Of a stretch of DNA of 64,000 bases, positions 63,472-64,000 are shown one piece after another. The stretch covers positions 1-64,000 of the forward strand of contig CBDAVP010000010.1 of the NCBI GenBank assembly GCA_965201075.1, given 5' to 3'. The stretch is from Isosphaeraceae bacterium. Lineage in GTDB: Bacteria; Planctomycetota; Planctomycetia; Isosphaerales; Isosphaeraceae. The position numbers and the translations under genes were made by a program. The notes under the pieces were generated by a model. It saw only the letters and a list, made by a program, of their open reading frames with translations. It did not search any database and was not told the DNA's origin. Numbering within the stretch: the first letter of the stretch is position 1; every line of letters begins with the position of its first letter.

Positions 63472-63499
63472 TTGCACGGTGCGGCTTCCTCCGTATGAT
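63472..63499 (+). promoter_or_regulatory. Possible sigma-70 promoter
   Basis: TTGCAC-N16-TATGAT about 70 bp upstream of ATG 63567. Confidence 0.4.
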
Positions 63500-63566
63500 G
63501 ACCGCCCGGTGCCCCGGGTGTCGGCGGGGCTTGCGTTGCGTCACCGGGTCGAGGGAGTGGCCCGCC

Positions 63567-64000
63567 ATGTTCTCACCGAGCCTTGCGTTGGTGGCCGCCC
63601 TGCTGGCGTCAACTCCCGAGATCGCGGTCTCGCCCAGCCGGGCCGACCACGCCTCGGCCCCCTGGCAGGCCAGCATCGGTGGGATGGACCGCCCCGGCGA
63701 GCGCACCGCCGAAACCCTCAAGCGATACGACGTCGCGTGGGGGTATCGTCGCGACCCCGAAAAAGCGCTTGACGCCCTGGAGCGCGCCGCCCGTAAGTCG
63801 CCCGAGCCCGAACTCGTTTTCGCCCTGGCCGAACTCTCGTGGATCGAGGGCCGGCGGCTGGAGCGTCACCGAGACCCCCGGGCCCTGGACCGTTACCTCG
63901 ACGCCGCCGCCTATGCCTTCGACTTCCTGATGGACCCCGACCCGGCCCTGGCCGCTGGCCGCCAGCCGTCGGACCCGCGCTTCCTGATGGCCTGCCACTT
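63567..64000 (+). CDS. Partial secreted protein (probable planctomycete alpha/beta hydrolase N-terminus), runs off the window
   Basis: My translation: MFSPSLALVAALLAST...ERTAETLKRYD...LVFALAELSWIEG...YLDAAAYAFDFL...DPRF; open to the window end. Confidence 0.6.
   Translation, partial: MFSPSLALVAALLASTPEIAVSPSRADHASAPWQASIGGMDRPGERTAETLKRYDVAWGYRRDPEKALDALERAARKSPEPELVFALAELSWIEGRRLERHRDPRALDRYLDAAAYAFDFLMDPDPALAAGRQPSDPRFLMACH

Noticed and set aside
1..64000. tRNA, rRNA, prophage or integrase genes
   Set aside because: None recognisable by eye; a covariance-model scan would be needed to exclude small RNAs

Overview
High-GC (roughly 70% by eye) bacterial DNA, most likely a planctomycete of the Isosphaeraceae type. 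This is inferred from LExRxL-type extracellular leaders, a DUF1552/DUF1592 pair, DUF4058, Uma2 paralogs and a short UvrC. Most of the window is housekeeping or envelope genes: YgiQ-like radical SAM, phosphosugar mutase, uvrC, ABC-F, ilvD, a class I/II aminotransferase, gcvT-gcvH, gpsA, a K+ channel, a TPP enzyme and a wzm/wzt-glycosyltransferase cluster at the right end. The accessory hotspot is about 14.1-19.1 kb. It holds an intact IS630, two oppositely oriented fragments of a SWIM-zinc-finger/DDE transposase, an AT-rich two-gene cargo operon and a cluster of repeated putative transposon-end motifs. The cargo operon encodes a small zincin-like EExxH protein resembling metallopeptidase-toxin domains, coupled to a 417-aa multidomain protein, and is the best candidate for an undescribed toxin-immunity or defence system. 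Other oddities are a Tat-signal TPP enzyme, a DUF2442 protein with an extra domain, duplicated GT4 genes that appear subfunctionalised, and a gene-independent GC-skew switch near 28-31 kb. No rRNA, tRNA or CRISPR array was seen. All family assignments come from motif recognition by eye, not from database searches.
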